Counted from the stretch's first letter, positions 40,558 to 51,578 are shown. The stretch: DNA of 64,000 nucleotides from Candidatus Levyibacteriota bacterium (GCA_009695045.1 SIBS01000001.1:42942-106941), one strand, 5' to 3'. Notes: generated by a model from the sequence alone, not told the origin. A program made the numbers and translations.

Positions 40558-40888
40558 TTGATACCTCCTCTAATATTATTTCTATATGGCTACTTCTTTT
40601 TTTATATGGATGCACCCTTCCCCTAGTTGAAGGATGAAAACGTTTTAATGCTTGACCTTCAGAAATTTCAATTTTTTTAATCATTAGTTTTCCTGTCACT
40701 TTTGCGTTATTAAGCGCATTGGCCATTGCACTTTGCAATGTCTTTTGAATTGGCATTGATCCTCTTTTCTTAGTTAATGAAAGCAGACGCAAAGCATAAT
40801 TAGCAGACTTATTACGAACGGTATCAGCTATTAAGCGTACTTTTCTTGGACTTATTCTAATTGATTTAGTTATTGCTCTTATTTGCAT
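40541..40888 (-). CDS. rplV: 50S ribosomal protein L22
   Basis: RISPRKVRL, SAMANA, KRSSHI. Confidence 0.97.
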   Translation of the reverse strand: MQIRAITKSIRISPRKVRLIADTVRNKSANYALRLLSLTKKRGSMPIQKTLQSAMANALNNAKVTGKLMIKKIEISEGQALKRFHPSTRGRVHPYKKRSSHIEIILEEVSNGTKN

Positions 40889-40901
40889 ATCTTATTAGTT
40901 A

Positions 40902-41186
40902 CTATGTCTTAGAAGCCTCTCTTGCAACAATTCTTCCATGACTCCTAAAGGTTCTAGTTGCAGAAAATTCTCCCAAGCGATGACTTACCATTGATTCAAC
41001 AACGAATACATTAATAAATGTCTTGCCATTATGAACTCCAAAGGTATGTCCAACAAACTCAGGCGGAATTTGACTTACCCTTGCCCAAGTCTTAATCGGT
41101 GATTTATCTCCCGATTGCTTCTGTTTCATTACCTTTTTTAATAATTTTACGTCCACATATGGACCTTTCTTAGATGATCTTGCCAT
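40902..41186 (-). CDS. rpsS: 30S ribosomal protein S19
   Basis: RSSKKGP, KTWAR, HNGK, LGEFS. Confidence 0.98.
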   Translation of the reverse strand: MARSSKKGPYVDVKLLKKVMKQKQSGDKSPIKTWARVSQIPPEFVGHTFGVHNGKTFINVFVVESMVSHRLGEFSATRTFRSHGRIVAREASKT

Positions 41187-41926
41187 TATTTCTTTCTCCT
41201 ACTAATAATATATTTATTTGAATACTTATTTTTATTTCTTGTTTTTCCGACTGCTTTTCTTCCTGCGAAAGTTTTTGGAGATTTCATTCCAATTCCACTT
41301 CTTCCTTCTCCTCCTCCGTGAGGATGAGATCGTGGATTCTGAGCAACTCCCCTAACAGTTGGTCTTATTCCCATGTTTCGCTTTCTTCCCGCTTTACCAA
41401 TTACTTCATTTTTCAAGTCTATATTTCCAACTTGACCAATAGTAGCAAATCCATCCGATCTAATCCTTCGAACTTCTCCTGATGGAAGCTTAAGGTGCAC
41501 GTATCCTTTTTCTTTTGCCTGAATAGTTATAGCTGACCCAGCTCCTCGTCCAATTTGACCTCCTCGACCTGGAGTAATTTCGACATTGTGCACAAATGTA
41601 CCAACTGGAATTTTTTCAAGCGGTAAAGCATTGCCAACTTTTATATCTACATCAGAACCAGATATAACCGTATCTCCTATTTTTAAATCCTGAGGCATAA
41701 GTATATATCTTTTTTCACCATCCATGTATTGTATAAGAGCTATATCACTAGTGCGATTAGGATCGTATTCTACGGCAACTACTTTACCCAAGAGACCTAT
41801 TTTATCACGTTTGAAGTCTATTGTGCGTAGGTATCTTTTGTGTTGCCCACCCTGATGACGAACAGCAACTCTTCCCTGAGAATCTCTACCAGAATTTTTC
41901 TTTTTTATAACTTTTAGTTTTCTCAT
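41186..41926 (-). CDS. rplB: 50S ribosomal protein L2 (N-terminally short, 246 aa)
   Basis: [25 protein letters not shown]. Confidence 0.98.
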   Translation of the reverse strand: MRKLKVIKKKNSGRDSQGRVAVRHQGGQHKRYLRTIDFKRDKIGLLGKVVAVEYDPNRTSDIALIQYMDGEKRYILMPQDLKIGDTVISGSDVDIKVGNALPLEKIPVGTFVHNVEITPGRGGQIGRGAGSAITIQAKEKGYVHLKLPSGEVRRIRSDGFATIGQVGNIDLKNEVIGKAGRKRNMGIRPTVRGVAQNPRSHPHGGGEGRSGIGMKSPKTFAGRKAVGKTRNKNKYSNKYIISRRKK

Positions 41927-42228
41927 TATTTTGCTTCGCTTCCTAAATCAAACATATTAATTTTTTGTCCTTTTTTAAGAGTTACAGTTGCTTTTTTCCA
42001 AGATGAAACTTTAACTTCTTCTTTTCTAATACCTATTCTTTTTCTTTTTCCTTTAACATTTGATGTTGTAATCTTTACCACTTCAACATTAAATTTTTGA
42101 GTAACAGCTTTTCTAATCATGTCTTTTGATGCTGCGGAAGACACATGAAAAGTAAACTTACTTTCATCAGTTAGCTTAATTGAATGTTCTGTTAATATTG
42201 GTTTAATAATTATTGTATTTATATCCAT
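41926..42228 (-). CDS. rplW: 50S ribosomal protein L23
   Basis: [18 protein letters not shown]; ATG 42228. Confidence 0.95.
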   Translation of the reverse strand: MDINTIIIKPILTEHSIKLTDESKFTFHVSSAASKDMIRKAVTQKFNVEVVKITTSNVKGKRKRIGIRKEEVKVSSWKKATVTLKKGQKINMFDLGSEAK

Positions 42229-42229
42229 A

Positions 42230-42931
42230 TCAAACTCTCTTAGCAAACGCTTTATCTATATCAGGAATTGATTCAACCATGCATATAATATGCTTATTAC
42301 GAATAACATCATATGTATTCATTTTTCCGACCGTAACATAAGAAACATTCTTAATATTTCTCAAAGCTCTAGATATATTCTCGGATGAAGCAGCTAGAAC
42401 TATAAGTATATTTTTTCCATCAGAAAGAGAGAGTGCATTTAACATAGCTACTGCCTCTTTTGTTTTTACATTTATATTTGAGATTCCCTCAACCATTCGT
42501 ATCATATTGTCATTAATTTTTGCAGAAAGAGCCGATCTCATCGCTGCTTTTCTCATTTTCTGCGGCAAAACAAGAGAAAAATCGTGTGGACGAGGACCAT
42601 GTGCAATTCCACCTTTTACAAAAATTGGAGCTCTTATGGCTCCATGCCTAGCTCGCCCTGTACCTTTTTGTTGATAAATTTTACGAGTTGAACCTCTAAC
42701 TTCCCCTCTATTCTTTGTTGATGCTGTCCCATGACGCTGATTTGCTCGATAAACTCGTACCGCTTGTGCTAAGAGTGAATTATTTATCTTTTCACCAAAT
42801 ACACTTTGAGATAATTCAATATTTCTTACTATTTTTCCTTTTACATCATACACATCAATAAGAATTGCATTTTCTACTTTTTCAATTAATTTCTTAATAA
42901 CTTTTTTATCTGCAATCGTAGATTTAGGCAT
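42230..42931 (-). CDS. rplD: 50S ribosomal protein L4
   Basis: QKGTGRARHG, GGIAHGP; ATG 42931. Confidence 0.97.
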   Translation of the reverse strand: MPKSTIADKKVIKKLIEKVENAILIDVYDVKGKIVRNIELSQSVFGEKINNSLLAQAVRVYRANQRHGTASTKNRGEVRGSTRKIYQQKGTGRARHGAIRAPIFVKGGIAHGPRPHDFSLVLPQKMRKAAMRSALSAKINDNMIRMVEGISNINVKTKEAVAMLNALSLSDGKNILIVLAASSENISRALRNIKNVSYVTVGKMNTYDVIRNKHIICMVESIPDIDKAFAKRV

Positions 42932-43730
42932 TTTCTTTTTTATCCTCTCTATTTTCAATAAAAACTTCTTCTATTTTCTCTTCTATTTTTTCTTCTTCAA
43001 TATTTTCTTGAACTACATTAATTTCTTGATTCGATTGCTCAATAACTTCTACCAACGGCTCTTCAGCTACATATAATGGAATAAAAACCTTAAGTTCCCC
43101 AACTTTTTTTATAATGAGCAGTGCATCCTTAGTTCCAGGAACTAAGCCTTTTATCAAAAGACTATCTGGATTGACCGCTACTACGGTAAGGTTTCTCACG
43201 GTCACTCGATCACTTCCCATTCTTCCTGCCATCCTTTTACCTTTATAAACTCTTCCTGGCGTTGTTGTTTGACCAATGGATCCTGGAGCTCTTTCCCTAT
43301 CTGATTGTCCATGAGTACGAGGACCACCCTTGAAGCCATGCCTTTTAACAACCCCAGCAAAACCTTTTCCTTTTGAAACACCTATTACATCTACTATGTC
43401 TCCCTGCTTTAACACGCTTTCTAATTTAATAATTTCACCAACTTTTGGCAATTGCTCTTCTGCTATATCTAAATACTCTAATCTTATTTCACGCAAAAAA
43501 CGAGGCGCTACTTTTAAATTTGCCTCTTTTGCTTGTCCAATTTCTGCCATGTTTGCTTTTTTATTTTCCCCTACACCAACCGTTATTGACCAGTATCCAT
43601 TTTTCTCCTTAGTTTGAATCTTCATCACGGGAAGATCTGAAACTCTAATCATAGTAACAGGTATTCTCTGTCCATCTATTAAAAATCTTTGACCCTGCTG
43701 TGACTTTTGTCCAATTAATGTATGTATCAT
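42924..43730 (-). CDS. rplC: 50S ribosomal protein L3 with acidic C-terminal tail
   Basis: SKGKGFAGVVKRHGF, RAPGSIG, GKRMAGRMG. Confidence 0.97.
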   Translation of the reverse strand: MIHTLIGQKSQQGQRFLIDGQRIPVTMIRVSDLPVMKIQTKEKNGYWSITVGVGENKKANMAEIGQAKEANLKVAPRFLREIRLEYLDIAEEQLPKVGEIIKLESVLKQGDIVDVIGVSKGKGFAGVVKRHGFKGGPRTHGQSDRERAPGSIGQTTTPGRVYKGKRMAGRMGSDRVTVRNLTVVAVNPDSLLIKGLVPGTKDALLIIKKVGELKVFIPLYVAEEPLVEVIEQSNQEINVVQENIEEEKIEEKIEEVFIENREDKKENA

Positions 43731-43749
43731 AATTTTTTATTCTTCAAAC

Positions 43750-43839
43750 AAAAAAAGTAGCCTCATGGACTACCTTATCTTTACATTAAAAGTAAATTTA
43801 TGCCCCTAGGCTTCTTTAACCTCAATAATGTTGATTATA
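43750..43839 (-). promoter_or_regulatory. Internal -10 promoter plus structured leader with terminator-like hairpin upstream of rplC
   Basis: TATAAT 43839-43834; stem AAGGTAGTC-CATGA-GGCTACTTT (43776-43754) running into T7. Confidence 0.6.
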
Positions 43840-43877
43840 CTATATTTACGCACTAAAATAAAGCTTTTACCCTTGAG

Positions 43878-44186
43878 TTACATCTTTATTTCAATATCTA
43901 CCCCCGCTGGTAGCTCGAGATGAGTTAGGCTATCAATTGTTTTATCTGTTGGAGAAACTATATCTATTAGTCTTTTATGAATACGTATCTCAAAATGATC
44001 TCTCGCATTCTTATCTATAAATGGAGACTTATTTACAGCATATACGCTTCTTTGTGTTGGCAGAGGAATTGGACCAACAATATGAGCACCGGTTCTTATC
44101 GCCGTATCAAGTATTTGTTGACAACAAGAATCTATAACTCTTGCATCATAACTTTTTAATCTGACTCGTATTCTTCCTTTTGACAT
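43878..44186 (-). CDS. rpsJ: 30S ribosomal protein S10
   Basis: IRVRLKSYD, GPIPLPT, HKRLIDI, LPAGVDIEI. Confidence 0.98.
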   Translation of the reverse strand: MSKGRIRVRLKSYDARVIDSCCQQILDTAIRTGAHIVGPIPLPTQRSVYAVNKSPFIDKNARDHFEIRIHKRLIDIVSPTDKTIDSLTHLELPAGVDIEIKM

Positions 44187-44280
44187 TATTTTTTTCCTTT
44201 TTAAGGTTCTAATATAGCCGCTCTAAGCAAAATGACTAGATATTGAATCAGAATGCTAAAAGAGGCAAGAAGATAGATAA

Positions 44281-45462
44281 TTAGGCAATAACTTTAGTAA
44301 TAACACCAGCACCTACTGTTTTTCCACCTTCTCGAATAGCAAAACGTACGCCATCTTCTATAGCTACTGGACTAATAAGTTTAACTGTCATTTTAATATT
44401 ATCACCAGGCATAACCATTTCAATTCCAGTTGGTAGAGTTGCCTCTCCTGTTACATCAGTTGTTCGCACATAAAATTGTGGACGATAACCAGTAAAGAAT
44501 GGTGTATGACGTCCACCTTCTTCTTTAGTAAGAATATATACCTCTGCTTCAAAATCAGTATGCGGGGTTATTGATCCAGGCTTTGCAATAACTTGACCTC
44601 TTTCAACATCTGCCTTCTCAACTCCACGAAGCAATACTCCCATATTGTCTCCTGCCTGTCCTTCATCAAGTTGTTTTCGAAACATTTCAATTCCAGTAAC
44701 TACACTTGCTTTAGTTGTCTTAATACCAATTATTTCAACAGCGTCATTTATTTTAATAACACCTCTTTCCGCTCTACCTGTAACAACTGTTCCTCTTCCC
44801 TTAATTGAGAATACATCTTCAACAGGTAATAGGAATGGCTTTTCTATGTCGCGTACTGGAGTAGGAATGTATTCATCTACTGTTTTCATAAGTTCAAGAA
44901 TTTTTGATTCTGCATCAGCATCTGCCTCTAATGCTTTTAATGCTGATCCACGAATAATTGGGGTCGTATCTCCTGGATATTGATATTTAGTTAACAACTC
45001 TCTGACTTCCATTTCTACTAAGTCAAGAAGTTCTTCATCTTGAACCATATCGCATTTATTAAGGAACACAACAATTGCTGGAACACCTACTTGTCTTGCA
45101 AGCAAGATGTGTTCACGAGTTTGAGGCATTGGACCATCTGGAGCAGAAACTACAAGTATTGCGCCATCCATCTGAGCTGCTCCCGTAATCATATTTTTAA
45201 TATAATCCGCATGACCTGGTGCATCTATATGGGCATAATGACGATTCTCTGTTTCATATTCAATGTGTGAGATATTAATAGTAACTCCTCTTGCTTTTTC
45301 TTCTGGGGCATTATCTATATCTTCATACTTCTTTGCCTTAGCTAATCCTTTTTTAGATAATACTGTTGCAATAGCAGCAGTAGTAGTAGTTTTACCATGA
45401 TCTACGTGACCAATTGTGCCAATATTTACGTGTGGTTTATTTCGAACAAATTTATCAGCCAT
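44281..45462 (-). CDS. tuf: Elongation factor Tu
   Basis: [26 protein letters not shown]. Confidence 0.99.
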   Translation of the reverse strand: MADKFVRNKPHVNIGTIGHVDHGKTTTTAAIATVLSKKGLAKAKKYEDIDNAPEEKARGVTINISHIEYETENRHYAHIDAPGHADYIKNMITGAAQMDGAILVVSAPDGPMPQTREHILLARQVGVPAIVVFLNKCDMVQDEELLDLVEMEVRELLTKYQYPGDTTPIIRGSALKALEADADAESKILELMKTVDEYIPTPVRDIEKPFLLPVEDVFSIKGRGTVVTGRAERGVIKINDAVEIIGIKTTKASVVTGIEMFRKQLDEGQAGDNMGVLLRGVEKADVERGQVIAKPGSITPHTDFEAEVYILTKEEGGRHTPFFTGYRPQFYVRTTDVTGEATLPTGIEMVMPGDNIKMTVKLISPVAIEDGVRFAIREGGKTVGAGVITKVIA

Positions 45463-45514
45463 AATATTAAAAAAATTATTACCTTATTATTTATTATATA
45501 TAAGGACAAGATGA

Positions 45515-45543
45515 ATAATACACCATTTATTAATGCTCGTCAA
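45515..45543 (-). promoter_or_regulatory. sigma70 promoter of tuf
   Basis: TTGACG (45543-45538), 17-nt spacer, TATTAT (45520-45515). Confidence 0.7.
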
Positions 45544-45597
45544 TACCCTTTTTTGATATTATTAATAAATTAAATAATAAATAAATTATTAATAATA

Positions 45598-46671
45598 TCA
45601 AAAATAGGAATGAGCCCAAAATCCAATCCTTGAAATATCTTGATTAATTAAATAATTTTCCTTTATTTTAACAGATACTTCATCTTCAAACCATACAATA
45701 TGTTGATTGCTGTTTTTATCTTGATAGGTAACTTGCATTTCCGAAGCCTGATCTTCTCTATTAATTATACAGTTAGTAAGTAAACATTTGTCAACAAATT
45801 TCTGCTTAGCTTGATTAAGGCTAATTGGCGATGCTGACGTGGTTGATTGATTTTTCTTATCTACGATCCAGTCATATCCAAACATACCAAATACAATAAC
45901 TATTTTTTCTTTTGATACTTCAGAATTAAAAGATTTTATCATTCTCTTAAAGTCGTAGCCATATTTTTCTGAACCTCCAAAAGGAAAGTTGGGACCAGGA
46001 TTTCCAGATGACTTATGAAAATCGTAAGCCATAATAAAAACGTCATCACAAAATGTAGCAATTTTATTTACATCATATGGACGAAGACGAAAGTAAACAT
46101 CTCCATACAATGTTATCGCAAATTTTAATCCTTTTTTTTTACTTTCATTTGAAAATATATTTAAAAGTTCTGTTATCTGTCTAATAACAGAATCGAACGA
46201 TAATGCCGATATCTCAAAATCAAGAACCACTCCATTAAAATTATTTTCTTTTGCTATCAATATTGCATCTTTTGCAATTTTTTTCTGCAGAGATATATTT
46301 CCGAGTATACGTGAGTTTATTCTTGAATCTATCATCCTAATCAATAAATCTATATTTTTACCATTAGTTTTTTTTATAAATTGACCTATTTGACGAAATC
46401 CATCATCATTTTTATCAACTCCTAATTCGTTTATTGATATACCAAAATATACATATCTATCATAGTCATCTGATATTGAAGTATTTAATGCCCAATATGG
46501 AACAAATATTATTTTTTCTTTCTTTGTTTTTTGAGATTTAGCTTTTATTGAAATTTTATTCTTAATAATTTTTCCATTAGTGGAAAAATTTTGCTCTTGA
46601 TTTTTCTTATTATAAAAAGCTATTAGTAATAAAACTACAACTAAAATTATAAAGATATTAATCTTTCGCAT
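45598..46671 (-). CDS. Membrane-anchored glycoside hydrolase family 18-like protein
   Basis: N-terminal TM; FNGVVLDFE, IMAYDFH, PGP, FGYDW, VWFED, GFW. Confidence 0.85.
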   Translation of the reverse strand: MRKINIFIILVVVLLLIAFYNKKNQEQNFSTNGKIIKNKISIKAKSQKTKKEKIIFVPYWALNTSISDDYDRYVYFGISINELGVDKNDDGFRQIGQFIKKTNGKNIDLLIRMIDSRINSRILGNISLQKKIAKDAILIAKENNFNGVVLDFEISALSFDSVIRQITELLNIFSNESKKKGLKFAITLYGDVYFRLRPYDVNKIATFCDDVFIMAYDFHKSSGNPGPNFPFGGSEKYGYDFKRMIKSFNSEVSKEKIVIVFGMFGYDWIVDKKNQSTTSASPISLNQAKQKFVDKCLLTNCIINREDQASEMQVTYQDKNSNQHIVWFEDEVSVKIKENYLINQDISRIGFWAHSYF

Positions 46672-46719
46672 TTATCTATTATACATCTCTATTATATTAA
46701 TCTAAATATACTGGAAGGG

Positions 46720-48864
46720 TTATTGCTGAGCGGAAATACGACCAGTAAAGGTAGACTTTGCCAACATTTGTTCAACAATACTTCTTGGTACCTCTTCATA
46801 GTGAGAAGGCTCCATGTAGTAGCTAGCTCGACCCTGAGACATACTTCTTAACCCAGTAGCGTATCCAGAAAGTTCTGCTAGTGGTACGAGCGCTAATACA
46901 ACAGTTGCCTTACCTCTTTCCTCTGTTCCAGAAATTTGAGCTCTCTTTGATGAAAGATCACCTATAACATCTCCCATAAATTCTGAAGGAGTAGTTACTT
47001 CTACTTTCATTATTGGCTCAAGTAGATTTATTTCTGCTTTTCGACTAGCTGCTTGTAATGCTTGACTAGCAGCAATTTTAAATGCAATCTCAGATGAATC
47101 AACATCGTGATATGACCCATCATAGCAAGTAACTTCTACGTCAACCATTGGATAACCAAGTAGGATACCATTATCAAGCGTTTCTACTATACCTTTCTCT
47201 ATCGCTTTTATAAACTCTGCTGGAATTGCACCGCCCTTAACAGCGTCAACAAACTGATATCCTTCTCCGCGAGCTCTTGGAGTAACGCGAAGATAACAAT
47301 GACCAAATTGTCCACGACCCCCAGATTGACGAATATATTTTCCCTCAGCTTCTGCTATTCCTCTTACTGTTTCTTTATATGCAACTTGTGGCGCTCCTAC
47401 ATTTGCCAATACGTTAAACTCGCGCTTCATTCTGTCAACCATAATTTCCAACTGCAATTCACCCACACCGGCAATTATAGTTTGTCCTGTTTCATGGTTT
47501 GTTTTTACATGAAATGTTGGATCCTCATCCATAAGCCTTTTTAAAGCCATTCCTAATCGTTCCTGATCTGACTTAGTCTTTGGCTCAATAGCAAGAGATA
47601 TGACTGGATCTGGGAATATTATTTTTTCCAACACGATTGGATTTTTAGGCTCGCAGAGAGTATCTCCAGTTATGGTATCTTTAAGTCCAACAACAGCAAC
47701 TATTTCTCCGGCAAATGCTTCTTTAATTTCCTCTCTATGATTTGCATGCATTAGTAATAATCTACCAACACGTTCAGTTATGTTTTTTGTACTATTATAA
47801 ATATAAGAGCCAGATATAATTTTTCCAGAATAAACTCGATAATAAGTTAATCTTCCAACATGAGGATCTATCTGAATTTTAAAAGCTAAACCAGAAAGTG
47901 AGTCTTCTGATGTGAGTTGGCGAATTTCTGGCTCACTCGTTCTTGGATTTATTCCTTTTACCTCTTTTAAGTCTTTAGGTGATGGAAGATATTCGATAAC
48001 TGCATCTAACAATGGCTGAACGCCCTTATGGCGAAGCGAAGATCCTGCATAAATTGGAACTAACTTATATCCAATAACCGCTCTTCTAAGCGCAATGCGC
48101 AATTCCTCTACTGAAATATCTTCTCCATTAAGAAATTTTTCCATTAAAACATCATCTGTTTCGGCAATTTTTTCAACTAATTTTCCACGATATTCTTCAA
48201 CCTGATCTTTCATTTCTGCGGGGACCTCATCTAAAACTTCATATTTTGCTCCTAGTCCCTCTGATCCCCATACATTAGATTTCCTAGTTAATAAATCAAC
48301 TGTGCCAACAAATGTTGATTCACTGCCAATAGGAAGAACCATAATTGCTGGATTAGCACCTAATCTTTCTACGATACTTTTTACTGTTGCTAAAAAATCT
48401 GCTCCCAATTTATCCATCTTATTTACAAAACAAATACGAGGAACTTTGTATTTATCTGCCTGTCGCCATACTGTCTCCGATTGAGATTGAACTCCTTCTT
48501 CAGCATCAAGAACCGTAATTCCGCCATCCAGAACACGTAAGGATCTCTCTACCTCTGCTGTAAAATCTACATGACCAGGAGTATCTATAATATTTATACG
48601 ATGCTCAACTCCTGTTTGCGATCCCTGTGTTTGTTTCCAAAATGCGGTTGTAGCTGCAGAGACTATAGTTATGCCTCGTTCTTTTTCCTGCTCCATCCAA
48701 TCCATAACCGTATTTCCTTCATCAATGTCGCCAATTTTATGAGTTACACCTGTATAATATAAGATTCGTTCTGTCGTAGTTGTTTTCCCTGCATCAATAT
48801 GGGCAATAATGCCAATATTTCTAATCTTATCTAAATCATATGCTGTTCGTGCTACGTCTGCCAT
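46720..48864 (-). CDS. fusA: Elongation factor G
   Basis: [33 protein letters not shown]. Confidence 0.99.
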   Translation of the reverse strand: MADVARTAYDLDKIRNIGIIAHIDAGKTTTTERILYYTGVTHKIGDIDEGNTVMDWMEQEKERGITIVSAATTAFWKQTQGSQTGVEHRINIIDTPGHVDFTAEVERSLRVLDGGITVLDAEEGVQSQSETVWRQADKYKVPRICFVNKMDKLGADFLATVKSIVERLGANPAIMVLPIGSESTFVGTVDLLTRKSNVWGSEGLGAKYEVLDEVPAEMKDQVEEYRGKLVEKIAETDDVLMEKFLNGEDISVEELRIALRRAVIGYKLVPIYAGSSLRHKGVQPLLDAVIEYLPSPKDLKEVKGINPRTSEPEIRQLTSEDSLSGLAFKIQIDPHVGRLTYYRVYSGKIISGSYIYNSTKNITERVGRLLLMHANHREEIKEAFAGEIVAVVGLKDTITGDTLCEPKNPIVLEKIIFPDPVISLAIEPKTKSDQERLGMALKRLMDEDPTFHVKTNHETGQTIIAGVGELQLEIMVDRMKREFNVLANVGAPQVAYKETVRGIAEAEGKYIRQSGGRGQFGHCYLRVTPRARGEGYQFVDAVKGGAIPAEFIKAIEKGIVETLDNGILLGYPMVDVEVTCYDGSYHDVDSSEIAFKIAASQALQAASRKAEINLLEPIMKVEVTTPSEFMGDVIGDLSSKRAQISGTEERGKATVVLALVPLAELSGYATGLRSMSQGRASYYMEPSHYEEVPRSIVEQMLAKSTFTGRISAQQ

Positions 48865-49019
48865 AATAAAAATCTATATATAGTATATTCATTTAATGAA
48901 TATTATTTATATGTCTAGATTAAAAATTATACCACAATTTTAATTAGTGTTCCATAGGTACTAAATATTAATTAAAATCATAATTAATAATGTTTACTTA
49001 GTATGTTATAATATTTTTT

Positions 49020-49625
49020 ATGATGAACAAGATGGGTTTATTTATCATCATCGTGATAGTTGGAGTATTTGCCGTTCTTATTATGACTAATCAATCACCA
49101 AAAACAAACAATAAGCAAACACTTGACGAATTACCAAAAATAAAAATTACACCTGAAACAATGGTTACAGAAATAGCTAATCCCATTACGGAGACAGGGA
49201 AGGGTAAAATCTCAAAAGGCATTATTAAAACAAATAAAGGTGGTATTGAATTAGATTTCTATATAAATGATGCACCAAATACAATTTCTAATTTTGTAAA
49301 AAAAGCAGAAACAGGATTTTATAAAAATCTTACATTCCACCGCATCGAAGATTGGGTTGCTCAAGGTGGAGACCCCTCAGGAAATGGTACAGGTGGAGGC
49401 AGTATGTCAGTAGAGTTTAATACTAAGCCATTTATAGTTGGATCACTTGGTATAGCAAGTAGAGGAGATGGAAAGGTTCAAAATGATGCACAATTCTTTA
49501 TAACAAAAAAGGACTCGCCTCATCTTAATGGATCATATACAAATTTTGGGATAGTCACGAAAGGGATGGATGTTGTAAATAAACTAGAAATTGGTGATAA
49601 AATCCTCGAAATAACCATATATTAA
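49020..49625 (+). CDS. Membrane-anchored cyclophilin-type peptidyl-prolyl isomerase
   Basis: APNTISNF, FYKNLTFHR, QGGDPSGNGTGG, QFFIT, HLNGSYTNFG. Confidence 0.93.
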   Translation: MMNKMGLFIIIVIVGVFAVLIMTNQSPKTNNKQTLDELPKIKITPETMVTEIANPITETGKGKISKGIIKTNKGGIELDFYINDAPNTISNFVKKAETGFYKNLTFHRIEDWVAQGGDPSGNGTGGGSMSVEFNTKPFIVGSLGIASRGDGKVQNDAQFFITKKDSPHLNGSYTNFGIVTKGMDVVNKLEIGDKILEITIY

Positions 49626-49627
49626 TA

Positions 49628-50575
49628 TTATCCTGCCTTCAACTCTTTACCAGCACGAATAAAATTAACCAACACCCAATCAGCTGGACCCTTTACTTCC
49701 ACATGATGACTAACTGTTCTTCCATCTAAAAGAGGTGAATGCGTCTGAAGTCCTTTTCTAAAAAATTTGCCATTTATATCTACAAATGCGTCATTATCTA
49801 ATTTAGCATATTTTCCTTTTCCAATCTGAAGCGGTAATAATTTCCCAATCCATAAATGATTTGATGGCATAATAAAATCTCTATCATTACTTTTTTTAAA
49901 ATAATTTTCAAAAAGAAAAGTACGCACATCATTAAAAGTTGGATAATTAGGAATGATAATAGAAGCACTAGAATCAGGTATCCAATATCTTTCTTTTTCA
50001 TCTATGCGAAGGTATATACCTGAAAACAAAAAATTTCCATCATTTTTTTTCTCATAATGTTTTCGCCAATGATTTCCCTCCTCACCGAAAGGAAAGATTC
50101 CATCTTCGTTATCTGTGCTCATTAAGTCAATTAACTCATCGCCTGTAATTCTTGCTTCATTTGGAGTAATAAAAAAATGAAATGGCCTGTCTTCTTTTTG
50201 AAGCAATAATGGACGAGAACCATGATTAACCATACGAAGCATTATTCCAAATCCCTCTTTTGGGATTTCTTTATCACCAACACCATTTATGACTTGTCCA
50301 ATCAGCTCTTTGCCGATATCCAACGCAACATGTGCCCACCTGCTTCTAATATGTAATTCTAAAGCCAGCCTTAATGTTTCAGCAGAAATATTTCCATTGA
50401 ATGGTATATTATCTGGAGCAATAGTAAATGGTATATTTTCTGAATTGTTTGGATTTATAAGAGTATCACGCAATACGGTGAGTGGAGCACCTATCCAAAG
50501 AGTATTACCAAATCCCTTCAATTCCTTCTGAATATTCTTGTTTTCTATGTGAGTAAGATTTTCTGAGATTGCCAT
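49628..50575 (-). CDS. Hypothetical protein, probable divergent dCTP deaminase/dUTPase-superfamily fold
   Basis: RSRWAHVAL...GFGIMLRMVNHGSRPLLLQKEDRPFHFF resembles Dcd RSSxARxGL...GFxGxIxLExxNxGxxPxxLxxGxRxxQxxF; a second QTHSPLLDG motif near the C-terminus. Confidence 0.5.
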   Translation of the reverse strand: MAISENLTHIENKNIQKELKGFGNTLWIGAPLTVLRDTLINPNNSENIPFTIAPDNIPFNGNISAETLRLALELHIRSRWAHVALDIGKELIGQVINGVGDKEIPKEGFGIMLRMVNHGSRPLLLQKEDRPFHFFITPNEARITGDELIDLMSTDNEDGIFPFGEEGNHWRKHYEKKNDGNFLFSGIYLRIDEKERYWIPDSSASIIIPNYPTFNDVRTFLFENYFKKSNDRDFIMPSNHLWIGKLLPLQIGKGKYAKLDNDAFVDINGKFFRKGLQTHSPLLDGRTVSHHVEVKGPADWVLVNFIRAGKELKAG

Positions 50576-50673
50576 ATGGAGACTATTTTAACAAATTTAT
50601 ATTATAATCACAAAAATTAAATAAAAAATTTAGTTTATAATTATAGTTGGGAATTTATATATACAGAAAGTGA

Positions 50674-51147
50674 TTACCATCTAAAGTGAGCAAATGCCCT
50701 ATTTGCCTCAGCCATACGGTGAATCGTATCTCTCTTTTTAACTGCTTCACCCTTATTATCAACCGCATCTAATAGCTCTGCTGCAAGTTTTTCTCCAAAT
50801 GTATGATATTCCTTATTTGATCTTTTTCGTGCAGCCTCCAATATCCATCTACCAGCTAATGATACCTTTCTCTCTCCTCGCACCTCTGATGGAACCTGAT
50901 AATTAGCTCCACCAACCCTTCGTGCTCTAACTTCTTGCTTTGGTGCAACATTTTGCATTGCTTTTTCAAATATCTCTAATGGATCTTTTTCTTTACTTTT
51001 AATAATATCGAATGCGCTATAGACAATATTCTCAGCAATAGTTTTTTTACCATCATTCATGAGACGATTAATAAATTTTGCAACTAATTTATTATTATAT
51101 ATCTTATCTGGATCTATATCTCTTTTACTTGCTTTATTATCTCTCAT
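50674..51147 (-). CDS. rpsG: 30S ribosomal protein S7
   Basis: [30 protein letters not shown]. Confidence 0.98.
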   Translation of the reverse strand: MRDNKASKRDIDPDKIYNNKLVAKFINRLMNDGKKTIAENIVYSAFDIIKSKEKDPLEIFEKAMQNVAPKQEVRARRVGGANYQVPSEVRGERKVSLAGRWILEAARKRSNKEYHTFGEKLAAELLDAVDNKGEAVKKRDTIHRMAEANRAFAHFRW

Positions 51148-51149
51148 AT

Positions 51150-51575
51150 TTAAACCTTTGCCCCTGCTGCATCTCTTTTTGTTCCATACTTACTACGTGA
51201 ACTTTTTCTACCCACCACTCCCATTAAATCATACTTACCTCGAACGATGTGATATTTAACTCCTGGCAAATCTTTTACACGACCACCTCGAACAAGAACT
51301 ATACCATGTTCAGAAAGTGAATGGCCAACGCCCTGAATATAAGCAGTAACTTCCATCCTATTTGAAAGCTTAACTCGAGCAACCTTTCGAAGCGCTGAAT
51401 TTGGCTTTCTTGGAGTCATTGTCTTAACAAGAGTTACTACTCCACGCTTTTGTGGTGATAAATCTCCTGTATAGATTCTATCTTTTGCATTATATAAACG
51501 ACGAAGTGCATTCGCTTTTGTTTTTTTAGACTTTTTCTGTCTCCCATTCTTTGCTAATTGTGACAGTGTAGGCAT
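51150..51575 (-). CDS. rpsL: 30S ribosomal protein S12
   Basis: [27 protein letters not shown]. Confidence 0.99.
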   Translation of the reverse strand: MPTLSQLAKNGRQKKSKKTKANALRRLYNAKDRIYTGDLSPQKRGVVTLVKTMTPRKPNSALRKVARVKLSNRMEVTAYIQGVGHSLSEHGIVLVRGGRVKDLPGVKYHIVRGKYDLMGVVGRKSSRSKYGTKRDAAGAKV

Positions 51576-51578
51576 ATT

